The notes under the pieces are model-generated. The model searched no databases, was not told the origin of the DNA, and worked only from the letters and a program-made list of their open reading frames with translations. This document shows, piece after piece, positions 17,902 through 26,974 of a stretch of DNA of 64,000 nt (position 1 is its first letter; every line of letters begins with the position of its first letter). The stretch comes from Arcticibacterium sp. (GTDB taxonomy: Bacteria; Bacteroidota; Bacteroidia; Cytophagales; Spirosomataceae): NCBI GenBank assembly GCA_047623945.1, contig JBLHOT010000012.1:2062-66061 (forward strand), read 5' to 3'. The translations under genes and the position numbers were made by a program.

Positions 17902-19122
17902 ATGAATACGGAATATTTTTTGGCTCAGAAAATAAGAAAAACTAAAGGTAAGACCTTTTCTTCTTCTGTCATCAATATAGGTATCACAAGTATTGCCATT
18001 GGTGTGGCTGCCATCATTTTGTCCTTCTCTATTCTCCTCGGTTTTAAGGATACTATAAAAGAGAAGCTTTTCAGCATGTCCGCCCACCTTCAAGTAAGCA
18101 AAATTACACTGAATCAGTCATTTGAAGAAGCTCCTTTTGTAAATAGTGCAGAGAGTCTCCTAAATCTAACAAATAATGAAAATATAGCTTCATTTAATGC
18201 AATAGCCTTAAAGTCTGCCCTTCTAAAATCAGAAGAAGAAATCTCTGGAGTACTTCTTAAAGGAATAGATAATGCCTATAATTGGTCTGTTTTTGAATCG
18301 AACATGGTTGAAGGAAGAATAATAAGTTTTGATTCAAGTTCCTACAGCAAAGAAATCATTTTAAGCTCTACCTTAAAAAAACTTCTAAACGTTAACGTAG
18401 ACGATGATATCCTTATTTACTTCATCCAAGACCCGCCTCGGGCTAGAAAAGTAAAAGTAGTGGGTATTTACGATACAGGAATTGAGGATATTGATAAGTC
18501 CTATGCCCTTGTAGATTTAAATCTTATTCGAAGAATTAACAATTGGGAGGATAATGAAGTTGGTCATTTAGAAATTTTCTTGAAAGACTTTGACACTATC
18601 AATAGCAGTACTTCCTCTTTGTACAATGATATTCCTCAGGACCAACAAATTCATAAAATAACCCAGCTATTGCCTCAGTTCTTTGATTGGTTTAATCTGT
18701 TAGACACAAATATCATCATTGTCTTATTCCTGATTATTGTGGTAGCTAGCTTTAATATGGTAAGTGTCTTACTCATCATGATCATGGAAAGAACTCCTAT
18801 GATAGGTCTTCTAAAAGCTTTAGGAGCCAGAAACGGACTCATCCAAAAAGTCTTCATATCTAATGCCCTCATTATTATTTTTAAGGGTTTAGCTATTGGC
18901 AATTTAATTGCTATTTCATTTTGTTACATTCAGGATAAATTCAAACTAATTCCATTAGATCCAGAAAACTATTATATGGCTTATGTTCCCATTTCTTGGC
19001 ATTGGCCCACTTTTATTTTGGTTAATCTTGCCACCATTTTAGTTGTAGGTCTTATTATTGTTCTTCCTACGCTGTCTATAGTAAGAATTAGTCCAGTGAA
19101 AGCCCTCAAATACAAAGAATAA
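17902..19122 (+). CDS. FtsX-family ABC transporter permease (LolC/LolE-like)
   Basis: N-terminal MNTEYFLAQKIRKTKGKTF...SIAIGVAAIIL, a large periplasmic loop and a C-terminal FtsX domain (MERTPMIGLLKALGA). I prefer ATG 17902 over the adjacent TTG at 17899. Confidence 0.8.
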   Translation: MNTEYFLAQKIRKTKGKTFSSSVINIGITSIAIGVAAIILSFSILLGFKDTIKEKLFSMSAHLQVSKITLNQSFEEAPFVNSAESLLNLTNNENIASFNAIALKSALLKSEEEISGVLLKGIDNAYNWSVFESNMVEGRIISFDSSSYSKEIILSSTLKKLLNVNVDDDILIYFIQDPPRARKVKVVGIYDTGIEDIDKSYALVDLNLIRRINNWEDNEVGHLEIFLKDFDTINSSTSSLYNDIPQDQQIHKITQLLPQFFDWFNLLDTNIIIVLFLIIVVASFNMVSVLLIMIMERTPMIGLLKALGARNGLIQKVFISNALIIIFKGLAIGNLIAISFCYIQDKFKLIPLDPENYYMAYVPISWHWPTFILVNLATILVVGLIIVLPTLSIVRISPVKALKYKE

Positions 19123-19135
19123 GTCGTGCTCATAA

Positions 19136-19169
19136 AAAAGGCAAACTTTCATTTGAGAGTTTGCCTTTT
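19136..19169. terminator. Bidirectional rho-independent terminator between convergent genes
   Basis: aaaaggcaaact (19136..19147) pairs perfectly with agtttgcctttt (19158..19169), with A/T tracts on both sides. Confidence 0.75.
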
Positions 19170-19191
19170 AAAATGATACGTCCATATCTAT

Positions 19192-20199
19192 TTAGTACCT
19201 ATTCACCGAAACGGCTGTTAAGGCACTCGATACTTTTATATATATCTTCTTATCTGCTTTGTTAAAATCGGCAGTTCTCCATGTAGAGTTACCTTCTTTC
19301 AGGAAATTGTTAAAGTCTTTTGAGTTTAACGCACCGTCCATTTCTATTTCGCAACCCACATTTTCAGGCACCGAAATTTCAACTTTAGCTACACCACTTT
19401 CCACTTCCACATTAACTTTCTCCAGTTTGTCTCCAAGTTTTACATCTACAGAGGCAGCACCAGTATGAATATCCAATTTCTTCACCTTAAAACTACTCAG
19501 GTCAAAATCTAAATCTCCAGCCCCAATACTCATATCTACACTCCAAACTGGTTTAGTACTTAGTTCAAGGAAGATTTCGTTATGATCATTGTCACCGAAA
19601 TTGAAGCTTTTATTCTTTCTGGACTTCATCTCGAAGTCAATTTCATGACGGTTGTTCTTTAATTCATCAGATAGTCTATAATTTCCAGTATGTAAAAGAG
19701 TGGTAGCTCCAAAAAGGTCATTTTTTGATTCTTTCAAATGAAATTCCGCAGCTCCCCCACCAAAATTCAAGCTTGCTTCTTCTAATCCATTCGTTAGAGG
19801 TACTGAAAATTTCTGCTCCGTTCTCTTTCCTTTTTTTAAGCCTTCAGAGCCTTCATTATAACTACCTCTATCAGACTCGTCCCAGTCCTCATCTTCATCC
19901 CAATCGAAATGAAATTCATCCTTAAACTCTTCAGAAATCTCATCTACGCCATCCGAAGCAGCACTATAAATACCAAGTGGTATTGCAAAAGCGATCAATA
20001 GAGCCGTAGTAGGATTATAAAAACTTTTCTTCTCATGAAGCAATACCGCTACTCCTGCTAAAATCAGAAGTACGGGCCAAAACTTTGCGATAGTTCTAAA
20101 ACTATACTCAAAGTCAATCAGGTCATAGTTGAAGGCTAAAAACACCGCTCCAACAGCCACTAAAATGGCTCCTAAAAAAACGTTACTATTCTTTCTCAT
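19192..20199 (-). CDS. LiaF-like membrane protein with C-terminal toastrack-type (DUF2154/DUF4097-like) domain
   Basis: The N-terminus has 3-4 TM helices (FLGAILVAVGAVFLAF, FWPVLLILAGVAVLL). An acidic linker (DWDEDEDWDESD) follows. The C-terminus has beta-rich repeats (GAGDLDFDL, HTGAASVDVKLG, ESGVAKVEISVP). Confidence 0.6.
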   Translation of the reverse strand: MRKNSNVFLGAILVAVGAVFLAFNYDLIDFEYSFRTIAKFWPVLLILAGVAVLLHEKKSFYNPTTALLIAFAIPLGIYSAASDGVDEISEEFKDEFHFDWDEDEDWDESDRGSYNEGSEGLKKGKRTEQKFSVPLTNGLEEASLNFGGGAAEFHLKESKNDLFGATTLLHTGNYRLSDELKNNRHEIDFEMKSRKNKSFNFGDNDHNEIFLELSTKPVWSVDMSIGAGDLDFDLSSFKVKKLDIHTGAASVDVKLGDKLEKVNVEVESGVAKVEISVPENVGCEIEMDGALNSKDFNNFLKEGNSTWRTADFNKADKKIYIKVSSALTAVSVNRY

Positions 20200-20202
20200 A
20201 TT

Positions 20203-20706
20203 CTAGAAAGTTTCACTGTCCTGAGGTAAAGATCCACCAGGAGTATGCGTAGAATCGAAATTATTAGTATCATCATTATCTCTAATGATAATCCAGACGC
20301 CAAGTCCAATTAAAAACAATGGCCACATTTTTCCGATATAGTGGAAAAGATTAATATCGAAAAAAGTACGGAAAGCAAAAATTGCCCCCAAAGAAATCAG
20401 CACTATTCCGCCGATTAGGTTTCCATTTTTAGATGAGTTATTGCTCATAGTTGTAAATTTTGAAGGTTTAAAAGATGATTCGTTATTACCATTAGCATAA
20501 GCAAAATCGCTTCTTTCTTCTGGCAAAACTATCCATAAAATTAAATAAGTAATAAATGCTGGCAGGGGCGTAAAAAACATGATGACAAACAATGCTCTAA
20601 ATAATGTTGGGTCAATGTCAAAGTACTCCCCTAACCCTTGGGTGACTCCTCCTAAAACGGAGTCGCCGTTTTTAATCCGTCTAAGTTTTCTTTCATTCTT
20701 TTTCAT
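20203..20706 (-). CDS. PspC domain-containing membrane protein
   Basis: RRIKNGDSVLGGVTQGLGEYFDIDPTLFRALFVIMFF...LILWIVLP is a canonical PspC domain. I re-called the start to ATG 20706. The track start at 20763 is a TTG extension. Confidence 0.8.
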   Translation of the reverse strand: MKKNERKLRRIKNGDSVLGGVTQGLGEYFDIDPTLFRALFVIMFFTPLPAFITYLILWIVLPEERSDFAYANGNNESSFKPSKFTTMSNNSSKNGNLIGGIVLISLGAIFAFRTFFDINLFHYIGKMWPLFLIGLGVWIIIRDNDDTNNFDSTHTPGGSLPQDSETF

Positions 20707-20727
20707 ATAATTTGTATTAATTCGATT

Positions 20728-20735
20728 CAAAGGTA
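20728..20735 (-). promoter_or_regulatory. Candidate -7 promoter box for the pspC-like gene
   Basis: The minus strand reads TACCTTTG, 21 nt upstream of ATG 20706. Confidence 0.35.
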
Positions 20736-20862
20736 AATTCAACGTTAGTACTGTGTAATACAAACTACATGAGTGGTAGCAATAGATGGATAAACCGTTA
20801 AATTAATGGTTAAGGATAAAGTTATTAAATTAAACAATAATATGTAATCCTCAAATGTCCTA

Positions 20863-21426
20863 TTAAGAATCCTCTTCTAAGCCTTCTAAAACATCCATTA
20901 AATCGTCGTATGTACTTTCTCCAGGACTAGTTTCATGACTACCCTTGAGCCTTATGCCTTGAAAGTTCTTATTCCCCAAAAGGTCAGGAACTTGTTCTCC
21001 TGTAACATTATGACCCGCAAAAACAGAAGGATGATCGATGAGGTCTCCAGGCAAAGATTCACAATTGACCAAAATATGGTCATAATCTTTGAGTGCCCCA
21101 GAATCATGTGCCATAGTAAGCTCATAAAATAATTCTGGCACGATTTCTCTAGCCTGGGCAGCCTGTTGATCGTTAGCAATAATCAGGAAGTCTAAGCCAA
21201 ATGCTTGCCAGTCCTCTGATGTCAGATGAGCAGGCCAATCATTAAACCTACCTCCTACTTTTAGTCCGCTAAGCCAATTCTTAATTTCAAGAACTTTCTC
21301 TTTAGGAATATAATCCTTGTGGTCCGCATTCAATTCAAAACAGAGGTAGTCCACAAACATTCCTGCACAATACCGTGCATCTGACAAATTTGAGATACCT
21401 GTGACTAAAACTTTTCTTTTAAGCAT
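20863..21426 (-). CDS. TrpF (phosphoribosylanthranilate isomerase)-like TIM-barrel protein, divergent and probably not a PRAI
   Basis: The ends align by eye to PRAI: KVLVTGISNLSDARYCAGMFVDYLCFEL against KICGITnleDA...GAD.lGFvF, and GIRLKGSHETSPG against vDvSSGVE..PG. The expected catalytic Cys and Asp positions read Thr and Asn, and the GGxG loop is missing (see findings). Confidence 0.5.
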   Translation of the reverse strand: MLKRKVLVTGISNLSDARYCAGMFVDYLCFELNADHKDYIPKEKVLEIKNWLSGLKVGGRFNDWPAHLTSEDWQAFGLDFLIIANDQQAAQAREIVPELFYELTMAHDSGALKDYDHILVNCESLPGDLIDHPSVFAGHNVTGEQVPDLLGNKNFQGIRLKGSHETSPGESTYDDLMDVLEGLEEDS

Positions 21427-21442
21427 GATGGTTCATTTGACG

Positions 21443-21450
21443 CAAAAATA
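21443..21450 (-). promoter_or_regulatory. Candidate -7 promoter box
   Basis: The minus strand reads TATTTTTG, 16 nt upstream of ATG 21426. Confidence 0.35.
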
Positions 21451-21652
21451 GCCTTCTCCGATCAAAAAAAGGGTATTCAATCCCAAAATTGGCATGTCAC
21501 TTTGGCTCAATTTACATCACACCCTACCATTGAACCTATTTTGCCGCCATATGTTATTACCTTTGTCATCCAGCATGGGTTGTTGGTCAAGATATTTAAT
21601 TGACTTTTAAAAAGTCTAACCTAAACGATGGGCGTTTAACCCATTTAGTTAT

Positions 21653-22759
21653 ATGAGCAAACACGGAAGAATATTGGTCGCCATGAGTGGCGGAATTGAC
21701 AGCTCCCTCGCAGCTGTACTATTACACGAACAAGGATACGAAGTTATAGGCATGACCATGAAAACATGGGATTATGCAGCTTCTGGCGGAAGCAAAAAAG
21801 AGACGGGCTGCTGTAGTCTAGATTCTATAAACGACGCAAGAAACATAGCTGTAAATCTAGGTTTTCCTCACTATATCCTAGATATAAGAGAGGAGTTTGG
21901 TGATTATGTGATTGACCATTTTACCGGTGAATACCTAGAAGGTCGTACGCCAAACCCCTGTGTACTTTGCAATACATATGTAAAATGGGATGCCCTTTTA
22001 AAGCGAGCCAACAATCTAGATTGTGAATTTCTGGCCACGGGTCACTATGCCAATATTAGAGAAGAAAACAACAGACATGTCATTTCAAAAGGTGTCGATG
22101 AATTAAAAGACCAAAGTTATGTGCTTTGGGGAATCTCCCAAGACAGCCTTTCTAGAACGCAACTCCCTCTTGGAAATCTTACGAAAAAGGAAATAAGAGA
22201 AATGGCGGTAGAGCGTGGTTTCTTTGATTTAGTAAATAAGTCTGAATCCTACGAAATCTGTTTTGTTCCAGATAATGATTATCGTGGTTTCTTAAAGAGA
22301 CGTGTAGATGGCCTGGAAGAAGCCGTTAAGGGCGGTGATTTCGTTTTAGAAAGTGGTCAAAAAGTAGGTAAACATGAGGGCTACCCTTTTTATACAGTAG
22401 GTCAAAGAAAGGGACTTGGAATAGCCTTAGGTTATCCTGTTTACGTAACCGAGATCAGGAAAGATACGAATGAGGTAATACTAGGTTTGGAGAAACATTT
22501 GTTTAAAAACGCCATGCATGTAGGCAAACTTAATATGCAGAAGTATCCAGATTTAATAGGTCAACAAAAGGAGACCTTTGCTAAAATTAGATATAAAACG
22601 CCTTCTGCGGCGGCTATAGCTTCGCAAATAGAGAGAGATAAAATGGAAGTAATTTTTGAAGAGCCCATTAGTGCTATTGCCCCAGGACAGGCCGCTGTTT
22701 TTTACGAAGGTGATGACGTCATAGGTGGTGGATGGATTTTAAAAAGTTTTAATGCTTAG
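21653..22759 (+). CDS. mnmA: tRNA 2-thiouridine(34) synthase
   Basis: 368 aa with the PP-loop VAMSGGIDSS, NPCVLCN, ATGHYA and KDQSYVLW. Confidence 0.95.
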   Translation: MSKHGRILVAMSGGIDSSLAAVLLHEQGYEVIGMTMKTWDYAASGGSKKETGCCSLDSINDARNIAVNLGFPHYILDIREEFGDYVIDHFTGEYLEGRTPNPCVLCNTYVKWDALLKRANNLDCEFLATGHYANIREENNRHVISKGVDELKDQSYVLWGISQDSLSRTQLPLGNLTKKEIREMAVERGFFDLVNKSESYEICFVPDNDYRGFLKRRVDGLEEAVKGGDFVLESGQKVGKHEGYPFYTVGQRKGLGIALGYPVYVTEIRKDTNEVILGLEKHLFKNAMHVGKLNMQKYPDLIGQQKETFAKIRYKTPSAAAIASQIERDKMEVIFEEPISAIAPGQAAVFYEGDDVIGGGWILKSFNA

Positions 22760-22808
22760 AAGCATCCTTTTTGCCTATCATCCGTACTTTTAAGTACTGA
22801 ACAGTACT

Positions 22809-24434
22809 ATGAATAAGATAACTTTAATTTTCCTCCTTCTACAAACCTCATCAAGTTTTGCACAACAGAAGTATTTAATACTTTTTACAGACAAGGCTGA
22901 CAGCCCTTTTAGTGTGGGCAGTCCACAAGAATTTTTATCTGATCGTTCTATAGAAAGGCGTGAAAAGCAGGGGATAAGTGTTACGGAACATGACTTACCT
23001 GTGAATCCGTCTTATGTGGCGAATCTTAACTCTAACGGCTTTAAGGTGCTTTACACCAGTAAATGGTATAATGGAGCCTTGATAGATATTTCTAGTTCAG
23101 AATTAGATAAGGTCTTAGCCTTGCCTTTTGTTAAAGGTGTAGAAGGAATGTCTAGAAACGGTTTAGAAGATGGCTCTGGAGGCGTTCTTAGTGCCGTTAA
23201 AGCTATGCCCAACGTGCCCATGATAGACGCTGGCACATCTGCAAATCAGCTACAAATGCTGGGTGCAGACAAAATGCATGAGATGAATTTTACGGGTAGA
23301 GGAGTTTTAATAGGACTCATGGATTCTGGGTTTTCAAATGCTGATAAGCTTGATGTATTTAAAGCTATTTTCAATGAGAATAGAGTCCTTCAAACCTTTA
23401 ATTTCGTAAACGGTACGCCAGAAGTTTATTCTAATTCACATAACCATGGAACCAATGTATTGAGCTGTATAGGAGCTAGTCTGGATGGTCAAATGGTCGG
23501 TACCGCCCCTGATGCCTCTTTTGCTCTTTACATAACGGAAAATGTCAGTTCTGAGACGAGGCTAGAAGAAGCCAACTGGCTCTTTGCAGCAGAACGAGCT
23601 GATTCTTTAGGCGTAGATATTGTGGGTTCGTCGCTTGGCTATAGTGATTTCCAAGGAACTACTCAGGATTACAGCTATGGCGACATGGATGGAAACACCG
23701 CCATCATCACTAAGGCCGCAGACTGGTTGGTCTCTAAAGGTGTGGTAGTGGTAGTCTCAGCGGGAAACGAAGGAAATGGAGCATGGAGATATGTTACTGC
23801 TCCCGCTGATGGAGATTCTGTAATAGCCGTAGCCGCTGTAAATTCTAACGGAACCTATGTCACATTTAGCTCTATAGGCCCGAGTGCAGACGGTAGAGTG
23901 AAACCGGAAATTGCGGCAAAAGGAGCTGGCACCACCATTGCTAGAGCAAATAATACAATTTCAAAAGCTAATGGAACTTCCTTTGCCGCTCCTTTAATAA
24001 CAGGTTTGGTGGCAGGAATTAAACAGGCCTTCCCAGAATTCACGGCCATGGAAATTCGTGAGTTATTATTTGAATCTAGCTCACAGGCCAATCAGCCAGA
24101 TAATTTATTAGGATATGGTATACCGAACTTTGAGAGAGCTTATGACCTAGCACAATTAAAAACGCTTATAAATTCTACGGATAAAGATGTTTTGGTCTTC
24201 CCAAATCCTGCAGGAAATAATGGAAATGTAAAAGTCTTAATCACAAAAGATGAATTAGGAAATGAATTCAATGTGAGTTTGACAGATGCCACCGGAAGGT
24301 TATTGTTTGAAAACAGCTATAAGCGTAGCTTTTTCGACGTAAATATAAATCAGCAAGGGTTACCTACTGGCCTTTACCTCTTAAGGGTTTGGAATGGTTT
24401 ATTCACTCATACGGAGCGTTTGCTTATTGAGTAG
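22809..24434 (+). CDS. S8 family (subtilisin-like) serine peptidase with T9SS type A C-terminal sorting domain
   Basis: Signal peptide present. The catalytic triad contexts are GLMDSGF (Asp), HNHGTNV (His) and NGTSFAAPLITG (Ser). The C-terminal VLVFPNPAGNNGNVKVL...GLYLLRVWNG...ERLLIE resembles a Por secretion tail. Confidence 0.85.
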   Translation: MNKITLIFLLLQTSSSFAQQKYLILFTDKADSPFSVGSPQEFLSDRSIERREKQGISVTEHDLPVNPSYVANLNSNGFKVLYTSKWYNGALIDISSSELDKVLALPFVKGVEGMSRNGLEDGSGGVLSAVKAMPNVPMIDAGTSANQLQMLGADKMHEMNFTGRGVLIGLMDSGFSNADKLDVFKAIFNENRVLQTFNFVNGTPEVYSNSHNHGTNVLSCIGASLDGQMVGTAPDASFALYITENVSSETRLEEANWLFAAERADSLGVDIVGSSLGYSDFQGTTQDYSYGDMDGNTAIITKAADWLVSKGVVVVVSAGNEGNGAWRYVTAPADGDSVIAVAAVNSNGTYVTFSSIGPSADGRVKPEIAAKGAGTTIARANNTISKANGTSFAAPLITGLVAGIKQAFPEFTAMEIRELLFESSSQANQPDNLLGYGIPNFERAYDLAQLKTLINSTDKDVLVFPNPAGNNGNVKVLITKDELGNEFNVSLTDATGRLLFENSYKRSFFDVNINQQGLPTGLYLLRVWNGLFTHTERLLIE

Positions 24435-24963
24435 CCTTTGTTTTAGATTTCATTCTTAGAATGCTTTCTTCGTTGGTCACTAGCTCTAGTTCGGCTAGGT
24501 TTACCCACCTTATAGCATGAGTTTCATGGTTCTGTACAATGACTTGTTTATCATGAGCCACAAATAAGTACCTAAGGTCAAAATGTTCGTGCTCAGGAAT
24601 GCCTTTTCTTTCTGGTATCATATGGATATCTACATCAAAAATTTGCGGCATAGAAATAGAAGGAACAATGCCTGTCTCTTCATGAAGTTCTTTCAAAGCC
24701 ACTCTTAAAGTATTTTGGTCACCATCACAATGCCCACCAGGTTGTAGCCATTTTTTTAATTTAACATGATCTATCAGCAAAACTTTGTCCCTGTTTTCAT
24801 TAATCACCCAGCATGAAGCCGTTATGTGTCCAATTAATAATGACCTTTCAAAACAATCTTCATACTGCTCCACAAAGTCCAACATCCTGATTCGCATGCC
24901 TTCTTCTGTTTGATTGAAGGTCATATATTGAGTTAATTGCTCTATAAGTTGTTTCCTGTTCAT
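24424..24963 (-). CDS. NUDIX hydrolase
   Basis: The Nudix box is GGHCDGDQNTLRVALKELHEETGI. Its 3' end overlaps the convergent S8 gene by 11 nt. Confidence 0.85.
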   Translation of the reverse strand: MNRKQLIEQLTQYMTFNQTEEGMRIRMLDFVEQYEDCFERSLLIGHITASCWVINENRDKVLLIDHVKLKKWLQPGGHCDGDQNTLRVALKELHEETGIVPSISMPQIFDVDIHMIPERKGIPEHEHFDLRYLFVAHDKQVIVQNHETHAIRWVNLAELELVTNEESILRMKSKTKATQ

Positions 24964-24973
24964 TAAATTGTAT

Positions 24974-24981
24974 TAATTTTG
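24974..24981 (+). promoter_or_regulatory. Candidate -7 promoter box
   Basis: TAATTTTG, 46 nt upstream of ATG 25028. Confidence 0.3.
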
Positions 24982-25027
24982 GCGTATTAAAAGAGCGACA
25001 AATATCTCTATTGACACAAATTATTAT

Positions 25028-25870
25028 ATGAAACAGTCTTACTTAATTCTATTCATTTCTATCCTCGTTTCATTCTCAATAAAAGCACAAGTAGCACCAC
25101 AACCAAGCCCCGGAGCAAGTTTTTCTCAGACCGTCGGTATCACAAGAATTAATGTGGAGTACTCTCGTCCTGGTGTAAAAGGCCGTACTATTTTTGGCGG
25201 CTTATTAAAATATGGAGAGCTATGGAGAACCGGAGCTAATGCCCCTACCATTATCAGTTTATCCAATGACGTAAAAATCAACGGTGCCACCTTATTGGCC
25301 GGTGACTATTCCCTTCACTCTTTCCCGGGTGAAAAGACATGGAAGATAGTTTTCAACACTGATCTAGATGCTGCTCAAAACACCTATAATGAACTAGATA
25401 ATGCTCTCTTAGTAATTGTAGAGCCTAAAAAAGTGGACTTTACAGAGACTTTTACCATAGATATATCGGATATACATACAGATATGGCTAGGCTTAATAT
25501 CTACTGGGAGCACACCGCCGTTTCACTTCAAATAACCGTAGACAATGAGTCAGCGATTAACAATGAAATTCTAATAAGAAACAATGAGGCCGCGGGTGCA
25601 TTTCAGCAAGCCGCCGAATACATGGTAAATAAAAACATGGATTTAGCCGTCGCTTTAGAAAACATTGAAAAGTCTATTTTTCTTAAGGAAACATTTAGAA
25701 ACACTTGGATAAAGTCTGTCATTCTAAAGCAAATGGGAAGAAATACAGATGCTCTAAAAATGGCTATCAAAGCTCAGACCCTAGGCAAAACCGATCCTGT
25801 TTATCAACTATTTAAGGATGCAGTGGAAAGCAGTATTATAGAATTAAGGTCTAGTGTTCCATCGAATTAG
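25028..25870 (+). CDS. DUF2911 domain-containing secreted protein with helical (TPR-like) C-terminal part
   Basis: Signal peptide present. VEYSRPGVKGRTIFGGLLKYGELWRTGANAPT and LLAGDYSLHSFP fit my recollection of DUF2911. Confidence 0.65.
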   Translation: MKQSYLILFISILVSFSIKAQVAPQPSPGASFSQTVGITRINVEYSRPGVKGRTIFGGLLKYGELWRTGANAPTIISLSNDVKINGATLLAGDYSLHSFPGEKTWKIVFNTDLDAAQNTYNELDNALLVIVEPKKVDFTETFTIDISDIHTDMARLNIYWEHTAVSLQITVDNESAINNEILIRNNEAAGAFQQAAEYMVNKNMDLAVALENIEKSIFLKETFRNTWIKSVILKQMGRNTDALKMAIKAQTLGKTDPVYQLFKDAVESSIIELRSSVPSN

Positions 25871-25888
25871 GAGGTGATTTGAGCTATT

Positions 25889-26914
25889 TCAGTAAATAGC
25901 AATACCATTAGGCTTTTGCCCTACCTCTATAGTCTTTATTACTTCTTTGGTGTTGGTATCTATAAATACCGCTGTATTTTCAAATTGATTTACCAAAATG
26001 GCCATTTCCCCATTTTGAAAAAACTTAATCATGTGAGGATTAGCCTCCGGAAAGTCAAACGATTTTGTCTCCATCCAGACGTTGTTTGTTTTTTTGAAGA
26101 CTTTAACTTGATTTTGCATAGAAGCACAAACCCATAATTCATTTCTTAAAGTATTAAAGGCTAGGTTTCCAGGGTTAAAATCAAAGTCAATAAAATCAAT
26201 CACCGAAAAAGTAGTCACATCCACGAAATTGACAGACTTTCTAGTTCCATTGGAGACTAGAACTACATTCTCATAACCTGGCCACACATTCCCCGCCGAC
26301 AAATCTACCTTAACAGCTTTGTCCCTTTCTTTCGTTTCAACATTAATGAAGGAAAGAAAAGTACTTTCGCCACTTCTTACCACAGCGTATTTCCCATCTT
26401 CTGTAAATACTACTTCAGAAGGGTCTGCGTCTACTTGAGATTGCGTTATGAGTTTATAATTAGAAGCATTATAGACATACACAATACCGTCATGACTTAA
26501 ACCTGCCGTCCAGATTTCACTATCATCTGGCGAAAAAACAGCATTATGATTGGCAAAGGGAACATCAAACTCCTTCATTTTTTTGCCACTTTGAGCATCT
26601 AAAACGACAACTCCACCGCTAAATTCACCTCCATGTAGGCCAATGTGTCCTTTAGAGAAATCGTACCCTGGATTGGCTATGGCCATTTTAGATTTATCGG
26701 TAGACATATAAACATGATGCGGAAATCTATCAATTTTGTCAGTGACCTTATAGGAGTCTATCACACTTAATCTGGAAAGGTCTATCACTTCTACAGTTCT
26801 AGAACCACCCGAAACTACATAGGCTACATTATCTCTTAATGCAGTAATTTCTTCTGCTGGTTTACAACCAAATAATAAAGCTAGTGGAAGGAGTAATATT
26901 TTGAGTTTCTTCAT
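25889..26914 (-). CDS. Beta-propeller lipoprotein (YVTN/YncE-like repeats)
   Basis: Lipobox LALLFGC. The sequence is a repetitive beta-strand-rich ~40-aa pattern and ends with QKPNGIAIY. Confidence 0.5.
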   Translation of the reverse strand: MKKLKILLLPLALLFGCKPAEEITALRDNVAYVVSGGSRTVEVIDLSRLSVIDSYKVTDKIDRFPHHVYMSTDKSKMAIANPGYDFSKGHIGLHGGEFSGGVVVLDAQSGKKMKEFDVPFANHNAVFSPDDSEIWTAGLSHDGIVYVYNASNYKLITQSQVDADPSEVVFTEDGKYAVVRSGESTFLSFINVETKERDKAVKVDLSAGNVWPGYENVVLVSNGTRKSVNFVDVTTFSVIDFIDFDFNPGNLAFNTLRNELWVCASMQNQVKVFKKTNNVWMETKSFDFPEANPHMIKFFQNGEMAILVNQFENTAVFIDTNTKEVIKTIEVGQKPNGIAIY

Positions 26915-26917
26915 AAA

Positions 26918-26945
26918 AAATGCGTTACTATGAAGTAACGCATTT
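26918..26945 (-). terminator. Rho-independent terminator (minus strand) abutting the next start codon
   Basis: aaatgcgttact (26918..26929) pairs perfectly with agtaacgcattt (26934..26945), with a 4-nt loop. On the minus strand the hairpin is followed by a T tract that runs directly into ATG 26914. Confidence 0.75.
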
Positions 26946-26974
26946 AAATATCTGCTTAGTTTCTAGAATCGAAA

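Noticed and set aside
21427-21652. A 226-nt spacer upstream of mnmA with short complementary segments (atgggtt/aacccat, gacttt/aaagtc), considered as a possible structured RNA
   Set aside because: The stems are short and AT-rich, and I recognise no known riboswitch or sRNA consensus. The observation cannot be distinguished from chance without covariation data.
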